Positions 27,095 through 40,700 of a DNA stretch of 64,000 nt are shown in pieces. How positions within the stretch are numbered: position 1 is the first letter of the stretch; each line of letters starts with the position of its first letter. Source of the DNA: Phoronis australis (taxonomy: Eukaryota > Animalia > Phoronida). A program made the translations under genes and the position numbers. Location of the stretch: assembly GCA_002633005.1 (NCBI GenBank), contig NMRA01000075.1:189615-253614 (forward strand). Direction: 5' to 3'. A model generated the notes under the pieces. The model worked only from the letters and a program-made list of their open reading frames with translations, was not told the origin of the DNA and searched no databases.

Positions 27095-28501
27095 CCCAAT
27101 TCGCCGTAATAGCCGCCCATGCCCCTATAAGCGCCCCCCCACGCATTTTCACTTTGCTGAAATAAGCGCCCAGTCCATGAACGTGTACACGGGAACAATG
27201 ACGTACCTAGTCCTAAAGCTCGGCTACAGTAACGTCTTCAATTCATCAAAAAAGTTTTGCACGGGTCTTCTAGACCACCAGCGGCACTGCTACGTTTGTA
27301 TTTAGCCGTGACTTTACACTTCAAAGTAACGCAGCCCTTCAAAAAGAACGCAACAGCGTTGCTACTCTCTCGCGACGACCGTGTCCCACTCTATGGTCTG
27401 ACCTTTCGGTAGACACATCGACTGTCTCATGAATAAAAATAACTCGGTGTTAAACGCACGTGGCCAGGAAGCGCGCGCGCTACATACATGAACCTGTCAT
27501 CAAAGACCTTAGTCGGGAATTTTCCATTCATGAAACGGGTAGCATAGCATCGATAAGAAATGAATATTGGCACTAATTTCCGACAATTTCTAATACTATA
27601 AAACATGTTTGCGTTATTTTTGAGATGTATTGTTTGATTAACCATAATTGGTGTTTTTAAGCCGAACATCCGATAAAGTGACAACTGACAGTGAATGCTT
27701 ACACACCCTTACACCGAAAAATAACTGTCAGATAGTTACGTACGCATCCAGCTACACGGCGACTAATATGGGCCTTACCGAGACAAATGTCGAAAGTTTT
27801 TAGCACGAGACCGGCAAGTGCTGAATGAAACACGCTCTGGTTTAGGCCTAGCTACTGCATGTGCAAATTTCTTTAGACACATCTAGCTAGTTAGATTGCG
27901 TGCCTCTGGCCAAAAGACGGTCTCTGCTTTGACAAATGAACTCTGGTGATACGCACGCGCTCGCTTATTCGCAGACGAACTTCAAAACAAACGTCACGTG
28001 ACAACAACATGTTTGTTCGTCCAGACATTTTTCTCGCCGTGTTGCCGATCAGACATGTAGATGCACAGATTTGTACTTAAACCTCCCGTTAATCCAGACT
28101 CCACGGGAACTTAAAAAATCTTAGAGATGCTACTTATAAAACTTAATGAGGATTTCAGGTAATTTGCTTGAGTCAAAACCATTTTTATTCAAGCATTGAA
28201 ATCGCCATATCGAAGACGGCGATTTCGAGGCAGTCAGTCGCCGAGTTTTCGCCCTGGAATTTCAGCACAATTTTCTGTAAAATGGTCGTAATTTAGCTGC
28301 AAAGTTTGATAGCAATGCACCACAGTTTTGTTGAAAGTCTTTCATAGATTACGTATACGTCACAGAGCGTAAATTTTATGAATCTTAGGTTCCGATTTCA
28401 CCCGTTTCGGAGACCGGGTTTCAACCGCCTTGGGTTATAATAAGCGCCCCCCCGAACCGAACTTTTCTAAGCGCCCTGGGTGGTTATTACGGCGAATACG
28501 G
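27095..28501. mobile_element. Non-autonomous Tc1/mariner-superfamily (Tc2/pogo-like) element
   Basis: TA on both sides; imperfect 24-bp TIR CCCAATTCGCCGTAATAGCCGCCC vs revcomp CCGTATTCGCCGTAATAACCACCC; subterminal TAAGCGCCC repeats. CCGTA termini are typical of Tc2-like elements. Confidence 0.75.
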
Positions 28502-29580
28502 TACTTCACATTTCTAGGAGACTCCCTTATGTTACTAATTGAGAAAAAGCTCAAATCATCTGCAAGTCTAGGAAGGATTTTCATGCCACCATACAGCAGC
28601 TGGCAAGAGCTCTTGAAATGCTGAGGTGACAGGACTACTTGATCAACGAGTGGATTTCTTGAATTCTGTGGCACAGGCCTTGAATATGCGTGCAGAAATT
28701 CTATGCAGCCAATAATGTAAAGTTCGTTAACCATTAAAATAACCTTTAAATAAGGTGATAGCTCAGTTGATGATGTACTGTTCTCTGACGACGCTTAGGA
28801 ATGTCGTTAAAATGAATGCTTTTCTGAGAGTCAATAAATCTCAAGGAAACCCCTAGTCAAGAAACCAGTCAAAGATTCATGTGACCTGGTGGTTCTGCGG
28901 TGAGGAAGGACAAACCAAATGGTATTGTCGAAACGGTAGACACTGCCACTACTGAGGGTCTAGCAAGGACTGGACCAACAAAAAAGTGAACCCGTTTTGC
29001 AGACTTGTAGTCATACAATGACTCAGCGACTCCGTCACGCTTTCCAAGGTTTTATCCATACTACTTCAAACATGATGCAAAAGAAACGTGGTGTGCACAT
29101 TTAAATATAATTGTTGTTGTTGGTACATGCATCCTATAACCCCGAAAATAAGCACATGAACACTAGTTTTAAAGCAAGATTTGTCGACTCAAATATGCCA
29201 CATAGTGGCATATGCACCTGTTAAGTTAAACAATTAGGAACACATGCTGCTCTGAATATAGGCAGATCTTGACTTTTTTAAAAATACACTATTGAACTAT
29301 TTTATTTGTGATGTCAGTGGCACTCTGGGTGAAACACAAAGGCTAGAGTAATATGGCTGAATACTAAAAATCTAGTTTTAAAACTCATTGTTTTATTTTT
29401 AAGAATTTGTTTAGCATTGACCGTCCCTCCATACATTCGATGATTGACAAATGTTACAGAAAGCAATGATATAAAAAATGAAGAGGCCTTGTAGAGGCAA
29501 TCGTATTCTAAACCCAAATGAAGTGCCTCTTGTTCATGTGTTCACAACCTGAGTTTAATATTTAGTTTTGCTTGTTACAA

Positions 29581-29700
29581 CACTGATGCCAGGTACACCT
29601 CTGGTCATCTTGGGCGCTTGGTTAACAACGCTAAGGAGACTTCAATTGCAACAGCACAATGAAACCAAGATCTGGCTTAAGAGGAGAACTGGTTCTGAAG
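29581..29700 (+). pseudogene. SET-domain C-terminal fragment, copy 1
   Basis: Reads TDARYTSGHLGRLVNNAKETS then frameshifts; matches the SET signature xDA...GRLVN; nucleotide-similar to 31372-31560. Confidence 0.55.
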
Positions 29701-29956
29701 AAAGATTAAAGAATCCATATATATCAAAACCAACAAGTGTGGTATAATGACACCATGATACCATTACGTCATGATGATTTTAATTAAATGTTTTGCAAAA
29801 TAATACATTTGCTGGACCAGGCTCGACATTAGTGAGTGTCATCTCCTCGGCAAGTACAGTACTCCAGCAGCGGGAATGCTCCAGGGACCTCCGCAAGGTA
29901 GCATGAGAAAGTTGACGACGGGCCAACAAAAGTTATGCAAGATCTATTTATCGTGA

Positions 29957-31060
29957 TGTACAGTGAATTAATCTGAAGTATCTTGAATTCACTGTGTCTG
30001 ATAGTCGTGATAATTCTGAGACTAAGAACAGGTGGATGTGAATTCAGATGTATATTTAAACTCGGGCCTTGTCGACGAGGTGAAATTGACCACCAACTGC
30101 CGAACTCACTGGCTAGCCAGACTTTTCACACTCGACTCATCCATGAGGCCCACCGAGTGTGTGTGCGTGTGAATAAAAGCATCAACCCAATGCTGTTCTT
30201 TGCTCAAACCATCACCACACTACTACCACCGTCACGCCACACTCGGTCGATTTGGTGCCGTGGCCCAGATCTTCTGAAGAAGTAAAGAACTAAGGGTACA
30301 CGAGGTTAGCCGAGGCTTTAGATGGGACACTTTCAATTTTCAGTAAGCCGCAACAAGCGGATCTGGCAGCATTCCTTACCGCAATAGCAGGTAACTTTTC
30401 TTAGGACATATCTGGAGCGGTATGCTCCATGGGAGGGATCCAACTAGCAGCTGATATCCCAATATTTTTGAGGGAGGCCAGCAATTTCGGGGGATGGATT
30501 AGCGAAATCGGAAAAGTTGACCGTTTCTTCCGCACGATGACCCCTGGAAGCAAATGCTCTTGGCCTACCAGAGGTTGAAAGGAGAGGTCTCGTCGTTTAC
30601 TTGGAGATATTTGACCGATCATCCTGAATGTACGTACAAAGGTTCAGACCCATTTCAGACAAAAGTGTGGTATTTGGCCACTTGAAAGATGTAAAACAAA
30701 GGCACAGTGAAAGTGTGCGAATCTTTGGAGAAAGACTACTGAGTACGGGCAGATGCGTTTGAAGACGAAGCCTCTCTGGGCATACTCCAAGCCCAATTAA
30801 TAGTGTTTTTCGTACACAGGTTGCCTGATGCCTGCATCAAGGAGCACGTGTTACACTCTGAGCCCACTACCCTCAGAGACGCAATGAGGATTCAAGAATT
30901 GCATATCCTGGCTAGAATGCATTTGAAACCTGGAGATGATAGGGACATCCATCGTGTGAATGTGGATCGCATATCCCCCCAAAGCAATGCAGAATGTGTA
31001 ACAAAACCGGGCATAGAGCCTGGTATTGTCGCTCTCGTTCATTAAATACTATCGAATGCA
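29957..31060 (+). mobile_element. Truncated LTR retrotransposon: LTR + tRNA-His PBS + decayed gag (probably gypsy-like)
   Basis: AATAAA-containing LTR-like segment, then TGGTGCCGTGGCCCAG at 30253 resembling the tRNA-His PBS (TGGTGCCGTGAC). Frameshifted gag motifs KQRHSESVRIFGERL and PTTLRDAM, plus zinc knuckle CRMCNKTGHRAWYC (CX2CX4HX4C) at 30988-31029. Boundaries approximate. Confidence 0.75.
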
Positions 31061-31371
31061 GACCACACCCAAAACATTGTCATTGGCTGAATGAAATTGT
31101 AACAATTTCATTTGTAAGAATGGTAAGCAATGTGGTATAATGACACCATGACACAATTACGTACCACACGATTGTGTTTGCTTGCATATTAGATACTACA
31201 TACATGTATATAGTTCTGGGTATACTAATTTCATCTATGTACTGTCTGCAACCCAGATATAATGCTTTGTAATTTCTGGGTTTGTCCTTATTTACCTTAT
31301 ATGTTTTGTGTATTCTCAATAAATATATATCGCCTTGAAAAAGTCTAATATTTAGTTATGCTGGTTTCAAC

Positions 31372-31560
31372 ATTGATGCAGGTACACCTCTTGTGATCTT
31401 GGGACATTTGGTTAACAAAGCCGAGGAGGCTTCAAGTAATTGCAACAACACAATGAAGTTAGATATCATTCACTCAGGTACTACATGGTTGTGTTTGTTG
31501 CAAAAAGAGATACTGAAGTCGATGAAGAGCTTCACTATAACAATGGAGACTGACAACTTA
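31372..31560 (+). pseudogene. SET-domain C-terminal fragment, copy 2 (KMT5A/PR-Set7-like)
   Basis: With frameshifts reads IDA..LGHLVNKAEEASSNCNNTMK..GTTWLCL[F]AKRDTEVDEELHYNNG, matching SET motifs GRLVN..NC..LCLFAxRDIxxGEELxYDYG. Confidence 0.6.
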
Positions 31561-31896
31561 CAGAGGAAAACAAAAGTGCCTCTTGTTCAAGAGTTCATAA
31601 CCTAAGTCTAGTACTTAGTTGTGCAAAGGTAAATAAATTTGTTTAGAATGTTGGGTACCGTTTAGGGTGTTGCGCAATGCCACTCCAGTGGGTAAATCAT
31701 GGAAAATATGTCCACCATGGTCTGATTCGGGGATCATTGTTGCAAACTAGTCAGACTAGTTATTGAAGGGATGGTTTAAAAGATCTGTAGGAATCTATAA
31801 ACCATGATAAATTAAAGAAATACAACAATAATACTTTACAAGATTGCATTGTTAAATTGAGATGTGATGACTTGCTTCAAGCAGAGCAGATAAAGA

Positions 31897-34800
31897 CCTT
31901 GGCGTGGAACACAAAACTATATTTTATTTGTCATAAACCAAACAACACCTCATTTATGCTAGAGATTGCGGTGAGTGGTACCATGTGTCGTGTTTTGGAT
32001 TAACACAAGAGGCAGTGACTTTGCCGAGTTTCTGTTGCTCGCTGTGTGATGTTAAGAAGGCTCATGTTAGTTATTTATTAGGCTAGAATTGCTATTCGAT
32101 TGTCGTCTTTTTTGGTTATTCTAAAATTTCTGTCAGTGGATAATACAGAATACTAATTCTGAATTGATTTTTCATTTCAGATTAGCTTTACAAATTTAAT
32201 CAGAAATGGATTCTTTGCACCACATCAAGATAAGAAAAGCCACCTTCAACCATGAGGTTGGTCTTGAAAACTCGTGTGTGAGCCGAACTGGCTGCTTACG
32301 GGGCAGGTTTGCCTCTTCAGAAATAATTCTTTGTTTGCGGCGGAAAAAGATCATGGTGTTGAAGACGGACGTGCGTTGGTTGAACAAGTATCAGGTGTAT
32401 CAACCATTCTTGGGTCCGGATGTGGTGGAATGGTTCGACTGCTAAAAGACCTCTGCTGTGGATTAACTTTTGACCTAAGTCCTGTTTTTGTATTTGTCTT
32501 CCCTGAATACAGTTGTTTCTTACTTGTTGACTTCAATGGTTGTATTGTTTTATTCATCTCTCGCCAGAATTTCCACATTGGTGCCGCGAACCATTCACAA
32601 TGGAAGATTGGAAGAAAGAACGAACTGTCAAAGGTCCTCTATTCTCGAGAACTTTTAATAACGTAAGTTACATTCTGGACTTGGAGGAACCGTCAGTTAC
32701 GGAAGTCACCAAAGTTAGGTCAATAGTTCCCACGTTGGAAACCACACTTATTGCTCTCAGCAATTTGGACATTAACATTGAATGTAGATTGTCGGAAGAG
32801 GCAGCAGAGCAGGCCTTGGGTGAGTCTCTTGAAATTACCTAGCGTTGTGTCGAGGAGCGAGACCGGTCAGCGTGTGTCGCGCTATGGTCGCTGAGAGTTG
32901 CGGGTAAATGTTGCCCGGTCTCCATTGTGTTGACTGTAGCATTAGGCAATCATGTCTGGGCATGTCATCTTCCAGCCGTGGTGAAGGACATCGAGTTTGA
33001 GAGAGAAGTGAGTGTTGGACTCACCAAGATGCAAGCTTTTGTGTTGTCGCGAAATATGAAGGCATTGGGGTTGCAGTTGATCGTACAACTAGATGAGATG
33101 ATCCATCATGGGTGGCGTGCCGAATCAGAGATCAGGACAACGAACGCTGTTCACTAACATCGCGTTAGTAGCGTTATGCGAATGGCTATCTCTCGGTGTT
33201 CCCAAGATGTTTATTGTGGAACAGCAACTTCAGTAGCCCGTTGCCATACTCTTGCCTGTGGTGTTGCGTTGACCATTGAAACTGATTGCACCAGCAAAGT
33301 TGTGCTCGTTATTGATGGAACTGACTCAGAATCCTTCTGAGTTGTTGGACGATCAGATCCGGTCTGATATGGGCGTGAAACTCCAGTCTGTGGAAGACAT
33401 GGAAGAGGATAGTGGTTCGACTGTTCTGGATGACACAATCTTGGATTCTGACCAGCAGGAGCCAACAGTGGATTCTGTGACTGTGAGTGAGAAAGTGTCG
33501 CTGGTGCATCAACGCACATTAACGAGTTTTAGACAATGGCGGAAACAACTTTCAGCTGATGTTACAAATTATTTGAAAGAGAGAAAGATGTAACAAGCTT
33601 CACGCAGAACTGCTTGTTATGTATAAAATGTGGTGTCCATAGAGACCAAGATAAAGTACTCAATTGCAGTCACTGAGTAGTGTCTAGGCCAAATTAGCCT
33701 GCAGCAGCAAGATGTTCAGGCCTTGACACGGAATACAAAATTACCAGTATATTGTCCAGTTTCTGTTGCTCGCTGTATGATGTTAAGAAGGCTCCTGGTT
33801 TGTTTGTTGGTAATCGCAGTTATTTATTGGGCTAGAATTGTTATTTGTCTTCTTTGGTTATTCTAAAATTTCTGTCAGTGGATAACAAAGATTACTGATT
33901 CTGAATTTATTTTACATTTCAGATCAGCTTTATAACTTTAATCAGAAATGGATTCTTTGCACATCAAGGTAAGAAAAGCCACCTTCAACCAGGAGGTTGG
34001 TCTTGCAAACTCGTGCGTGAGCCAAACTGGCTGCTTACGGAGCAGATTCGCCTCTTCGGAAATAATTCTTTGTTTGCGGCGGAAAAAGATTGTGGTGTTG
34101 AAGAAGGATGTGCGTTGGTTGAACAAGTATCGGGTGTACCAACCATTCATGAGTCCGGTTGTCGTGGAATGGTATGACTGCCAAGAGACCTCTGCATCGG
34201 ATGCCTAGAGTTGTGAGGAGCGAGGCTGGTCAGTGTGTGTCGCCCCATGGTCGCTGAGAGTTGCGGGTAAATGTTGCCCGGTCTCCATTGTGTTGTCAGT
34301 GGCATTAGGCAGTTATGTCTGGAAGCGTCATCTTCCAGCTGTGGTGAGGGACATCAAGTGTGTGAGAGAAGTGAGTGTCAGACTCACAAAGACACGAGCT
34401 TACGTGTTGTCACAAATTGTGAAGGCCTTGGGGTTGCAGTTGATCGCGCAACTAGATGAGATGGTCCATCATCGGTGGCATGCCGAATCAGAGATCAGGT
34501 CAGTCACGCTGGCCACAAACATTGCATTAGTAGCGTTATGCGAATGGCTATCTCTCGGTGTTCCCGAGACGTTTATTGCGGAACAGCAACTTCAGTAGAC
34601 CGTTGTTGTTTTGTTGCCTGTGGTGTTGCGTTGGCTATTGGAGCAGATCGCACAGGCAAAGTTGCACTCCTTATTGATGGAACTGACTCAAGATTCCTTC
34701 TGAGTTGTGGAACGATCAGATGCGGTCTGATATGGGCGTGGAACCCCAGTCTGCGGAAGACATGGAAGAGGATAGTGGTTCGACTGTTTCAGATGACACG

Positions 34801-35660
34801 ATCTTGGATTCTAACAACATGCAGGAGTCAAGAGCGGATTCTGTGACCATGAATTAGGAAGCGTTGTTGGTGCTTCAATGCACATTAGCGAGTTTCAGAC
34901 AGCGGCGGAAACAACTTTCAGCTGATATTACATATTATTTGAAAGAGACAAAGATGTAACAAGTTTCAAGCAGAACTGCTTGTTATGTATAAAATGTGAT
35001 GCCCGTTGAGAACAATTGCAGTCACTGAGTAGTGACCAGGCCAAATTAGTCTCAAACAGCAAGAGGTACAGGCCTTGGCACGGAATACAAAATTACCGAT
35101 ATACTGTATTTGCCATGGGCAAAATGACGGCTCACCTAGAGTGCAGAGTAACAACTGCCGCCAGTGGTACCATGTGACAGGTTTCAGATTAAACCAAGAA
35201 GAGACAGTGAGCTTGCCAAGTTTCCATTGTTCACTGTACGATGGTTAAGTAGGTTTCTGGTTTATTTTTTAAATAATTGACCACTTTGAATTGGGTAGTA
35301 ACTGCTACTCAACTGTTTTTCTGAAGTTTCATTCATTTTACGAATTCAGTTGGTGTATAAGACAAATATCTGATTCTTAATACTTAATTTTTCATTTTAG
35401 ATCTGCAACAACTTCAATTGTAAATGATTCATTGTGTCACTGCGAGGTAAGAAAGGCCACCTTCATTCGGAAAGGTTGGCCTTGCTAGCAGCCGTGGACT
35501 CGTTTGTGAGCCAAACCCCCTATTTATGAAGCTGTTTCATATTTTCGGAAAAAACTTTTGTTCCCAGCAGGACGGATGCAGTACCAGAAGATCGTGGCTT
35601 TGAAAAGGGACGTGTGTTGGTTGCACCAGGTATATCAACCATTCGGGAGTGCGATTGTTG
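31897..35660 (+). repeat. Tandem diverged repeat (units start ~31897, ~33721, ~35073) carrying decayed copies of an unrecognised ORF
   Basis: Each unit begins CCTTG..GGAA(C/T)ACAAAA and has a splice acceptor followed by ATG GAT TCT.. (32206, 33948; more diverged near 35400). Units 1 and 2 align over most of their length, and unit 2 lacks roughly 32455-32838. Confidence 0.85.
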
Positions 35661-37724
35661 TAAACGATTCGACTTCACGTACCGTACAGCTTGATGTCCA
35701 AATGGCCGCCAGACCAGGAGCAAGATGTACATAAAACCAAACAGTCCGGAGAAGACCGCATCAGGCAGGTCTCGGAGCGTGACGCCCCGCTTGGCATCCA
35801 GTCTTGACAGCAGCAGAGCAGCCAGATTACAATGGGCCAGGCAGGGTTGGTAAAGAATTTTTGAGGGGTTCACTTAAAGTTACTAATATTTGCATACAAG
35901 AATCGAGGATGTCAAAGCAAGAATTGAAGATTTTAAACGCTAACAATGACGATTTCCATGACTTAACTGTTTGTGGTCACATTCCTGGTGGTGTCACAAC
36001 AATGGAGAAAACAGTTTGATCCTGGTATACGTTGTATTGACCCTGGCTTAGACTGGTGTGTTGCCATAGAGCATACTATTGGAGCTCAACATTATTTTAC
36101 TCAATATTTATTTGCCTCAATTGTGTTTAGATTGTGACAAATGTTTCCTTGTAGGATTCATTTTACTGATTCTCCACCAGGAGGCACACTGATGAGGGAG
36201 GGTGTAAGTTAAGACCAGCATGGAGATATTAAACAACATTTCTAAGACTCCACCAAGTAGAGAGCTGGAAGAGGTTGGCACAGCTAGGCTGATTGTGACC
36301 GATCTCCTTGGCCGGGGTGCTGTATCTTCAGATACTCAGACTAGTGATGCTTACTGCCCAAAGCCCCCAGATGATGAGACTACGGGAAGAACTGCTGTTG
36401 TATACACATGCGGGCAAATAGTAAGATAGCAATGCCAAGTTAAATGGAATGAGGGATAGACAAGTTGCCGCGAATAAAGGCAACATGCTAATATTTTTCT
36501 TATTATTATTCTAATTCATTTTCAATATATGCTGCCCAGGACAAGAAGATCAATGCGAGAACTGAGCAATGCTCGTTTATAAATTGACGGAATTTTAGTT
36601 TGACCTTTCCTAGACCAGGTGATATTATAACCCAGCGGCTCAGCTGCTTCCTGTGACTATAATTGCTTGCTGGTGGGTTTTCACCAAGCATCAAAAAGGC
36701 GAATTTATTCTCTGAATAAATACCAAGGAGACTGAACAGTGATCTTAAAAGGAAAAAATCAGCCAATGAACAAACTTTCAACAAACAACCTCAACATCTT
36801 GGAAGGCAAAACATTCACTAGAGATGCACCGATCTCAGGGAAACAATTTACTTTGGATAATATTCTGAAATCATCATGGAACAGTCATGGTACAGTATAA
36901 TGACCTCCAAGTTCTCAAATAAAGAATTCTCATATATCTCCTCAAACAACAGTTAAAAGTTTCAATGTGGAACCACCATTGCTCACACCAAAGTCAATTT
37001 CATGACAGTGGCATACTCTTTTGTTACTAAATGGCACCCAGGAATATATCTGTCCGAACACAGACGTTTTTGCTCAAAAGAAATCTTCTTCAAGATTTAC
37101 AGTAACCCATTTTCATCATTGGTCGTGTGCTAAAAATTCATCCTTGCTAGTAACGAAGTGAACACACTTGGACCTAGGAGACGTGAACCACAATGTTTTT
37201 ATAAACTGCATCATGCATTTTTAATCTAGCATCGATATCTGGCTAACATCTGAAACACAACTTCACCGCCTGTTTCAGAGTCGTTACAAAATAGTCTCTG
37301 TGTTCTGATAGAGACTACAGGTTACACTAGCCGACTACATGTCAACTTGCAGCAATTCCTGGCAAGAATGCTGTACAATAAACACAAATATCAACAAAAT
37401 TATCACAGTTAGTAAGCATGCAACCATTGACCTTTTTACCACTCGTCCAAAACGTAAATTCCACAGGCACAGAATAAGCAAGTCCAAAAACCTTGAGTGA
37501 TTGCAGAAAATAGGACATGGCACATCAAAAAATTCAACTGATACAAATCTCACAGGACTATCTTCTTTTCACACTGCCCATGAAATGTTCTTAATGAGAC
37601 TTGTAAGTTAAGAACAAGGAAATCAAAGCCTTCTACACCATGATGGCTGAGGTTACGTCTGGACAACAGCAAACAGATCAATGGTACAATGGCCTTTGTT
37701 ACCACCACCACTGGCTCCCCCTGG

Positions 37725-40700
37725 CTACCGCTTGGGGAACATCCTCATAAAGAGCACCATCCAGATGAATGTGAAGCAGACGACAATAACCATGATCCAT
37801 ATCCACCAGTTGACCGACTTCTGTGCATGCACCTCCAGCCGCTCACTCTCCGTCTTCAACTTGCCGTAGTTCTGGTCAGCATGCTGGTGCGACTCGCCCA
37901 GAACCTGCAGTGCAATGCACACCAGATGGAGCTGCAGATACGCGACTGATACAGAATCCAGTATATATTTTGTTTAGTCAGTGCTATATACAGGCGACTG
38001 GGATCTATAAAGCTAGACTTAATAAATGTGACCAATACCAAAATGACTAATTTAAACAATTTCTATAGTTTCAGGACAAACCGATTCATTATCAACCAAA
38101 GTCAAAAGTTTTTTTAACCATGCGGAGTTATGTCATTTTTACGCATTCTGCTGAAAACAATGTTCCCTGTATTCCTTAAAGTAGGGATGTTACCTTATAG
38201 AAGACCTGGAAGTTTCATATGAATCTGGGCTACAATTTCTGAGATATGATGTTCCAAAGTCGGCCAAATTTGGACAGTTTCTGGGGTCCTACAAAACCCT
38301 AGACATCGTCTGTGCCAGTTATTGTACACCATAAACAAATATGATGACAAAGTAGTGTACTATTTGCAAATGTACTGCAGTTATAATACCCACCTGTTAA
38401 TGAACCGGACTTGGAATGACCAATGACAAAAGACATTAAATTTATCCGATGACGTATCGGCTTATGCGATACAAATATTTTTTTTGTCGTAAAATTTAAC
38501 TGCAAGAAACATTTTTTGCATTAATGAAGACAAAATGATAAAAAAGAGACGAAAAAAGAGAAAATTGGAAACCAAATCAAATGAAATTGAAACAAGAGAA
38601 AATGTGATTTGGGGCTGAACATTGCTTATGAATTTGGGGGCATTACTACACAAGCTCTCCCCAATCAGCAAACAGCATGTCAAGAGCCAGAGAAAATGTT
38701 ATCGAAGACAACTGAAGCGCATTGGAGAGAGGTTTTAAAAAACTTTAGGTTAAAAGATATCTTGTTACCTCTACACTTCGGTGTTTTCTGTACTACTGAG
38801 ATTTCACCAGTCTTTCTATACCTTTACCCACCTGGTTGTCCTTCTTGATTATCCGGTTGGCCATGTTGGCATTCTCCTTCAAGTTCTTGGCGAGCGACAC
38901 CATCTCCTCTGCGATCTTCTCCTGCATCTGGTGGTGGTGCTGGAGAACGGCGCTAAGGTCAGATGTGTCGCTTTCGCCACCAGCACCGCTCCCGCCACTG
39001 CCGATGTTTCGCTGGCGAATGCCATTCTGTGTATTTTCTAAAGACAAAAAATTGTGTTGAAAATTTAACCTGTGCTCATGCTGTGCCTAAGAAGCAACAG
39101 ACTAAGCAAATCATACCAACACAACTTACGGCTGTGAAAAGCTACAATTACAATATAACCACAAGTCAAAATCAGTTGCACAAAATATTTTAATAAAAAC
39201 AGCCTCAAACTGATCACAGAATCTTTGAGGCTCAACTTAAAAAACGTTGAGTGATCCCGCATTTAGATTGCGGGATGTTAACACATATCAGTGGCAAGAG
39301 GTTGTACTAGATCAATAATTGACAGCTGACAGCTTTGTGGGGGCGAGAAACAGTCAGCACACCAGCATCTAACCCACGTTACCTTGTTTATTTTTCAAGC
39401 CTAGAAGCTCCTCCCTCATGTCTGTCTCGTATCTGGTAATTGCTTGTTGGTGTAGTTGTTTTGTGTTGTGGGCGGTGCTGACAGCTGAGAGGGCGGGGCC
39501 AGTTGACAACATCTGGGTAGCCAAAACCTTTTCAGAAGCATCTTCCTGTACCAACATGACAAAAAATCAGAAAATAGGCTAGAGTGTGCTTCATGATATT
39601 TCCAGTGAAATTGTCATGTGCGAACTTTAGCAAATGATCAAGCAAGGAATTGCACAAGCGTAAAAAATTAACACGACATCAACAATAAATGTGAGCAAGG
39701 AACAGACTAGTCACCAGATGTTGATCTAAGTAGTGCCATCGATCAATCGCAGTGAGGGATATTGTCACGTGACGCAAACAAACATCTGCCACGTGCCTTT
39801 GTTTCCAAAACTGGCAAAACCTTAGCAATATCAGGAAAAAATGCCTGATACTCCCTGTCTGCTGACCTCCATAGTGACACTGTGAACATCTATTTTTACC
39901 ATTCAACCAATCAGAAAACTAAAATTTGATCTAAGTCCCGCCACATTAACATGTTAGTTACCTACTTCAATTTCGTAGAAAGAGCCAAAAGCAACCTGTG
40001 AAAAGTTCTTCAATCAATACTTTATTGAAATTTATTGTAAATTAGCTTCGAAATGTGGAAGGTGCAATTGTTCACTGCCACTGTCCCGTGTAAAGTACCT
40101 ACACATCACATTTTTACTCAAAAGGAATTCAATATAATATAAAATTTCAACAGGATGATGTTGGCCAGTCGTAGTCCTTGAATTCGCAACGAAGGCATAT
40201 AGAAAAATAACTGAAAATAGCCCGGCAAACTTGGTTGCATGCAAAAATTGTCTGTTGGTCTAAGGCTGCATCACGTGATCAAGTGATCTAAAGGTAAATT
40301 ACATACCATCTTCTCTGCTTCGACTAAACCTTTCAGAAACTCCACTTTTCGCGAGTAATCTTTCAGTATGTCTTCGCAAGGCATGCTGGAAGGTAAAACA
40401 TATACGGACTAAAAATTTGAGTTTAGTGGGTATAGAAATTAAAGATGCTTTTTCTGACTTTAGTTTATTATATGATATTTCAAAACAATTAGACCAAACT
40501 AAATTGGTTAAAACTGTTCGAAGCAATCATATTTGAAAAACTCACCAACGTTTTCAAAACAGATTGTAATGTAGAATTTTTGACCTTCTGGCGGTGCACA
40601 AATCATAGTAGGTGAAGTGTGCATGTGACTTTAATAGATCTGTTAGAACTAATTTCACAAAAAACAAATGCCTACGGGGTAGTAAACTATAAAATGCTCC

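Noticed and set aside
37292-37317. TAGTCTCT...AGAGACTA mini-palindrome resembling Academ ends
   Set aside because: Too short, and no clear TSD to support a feature call.
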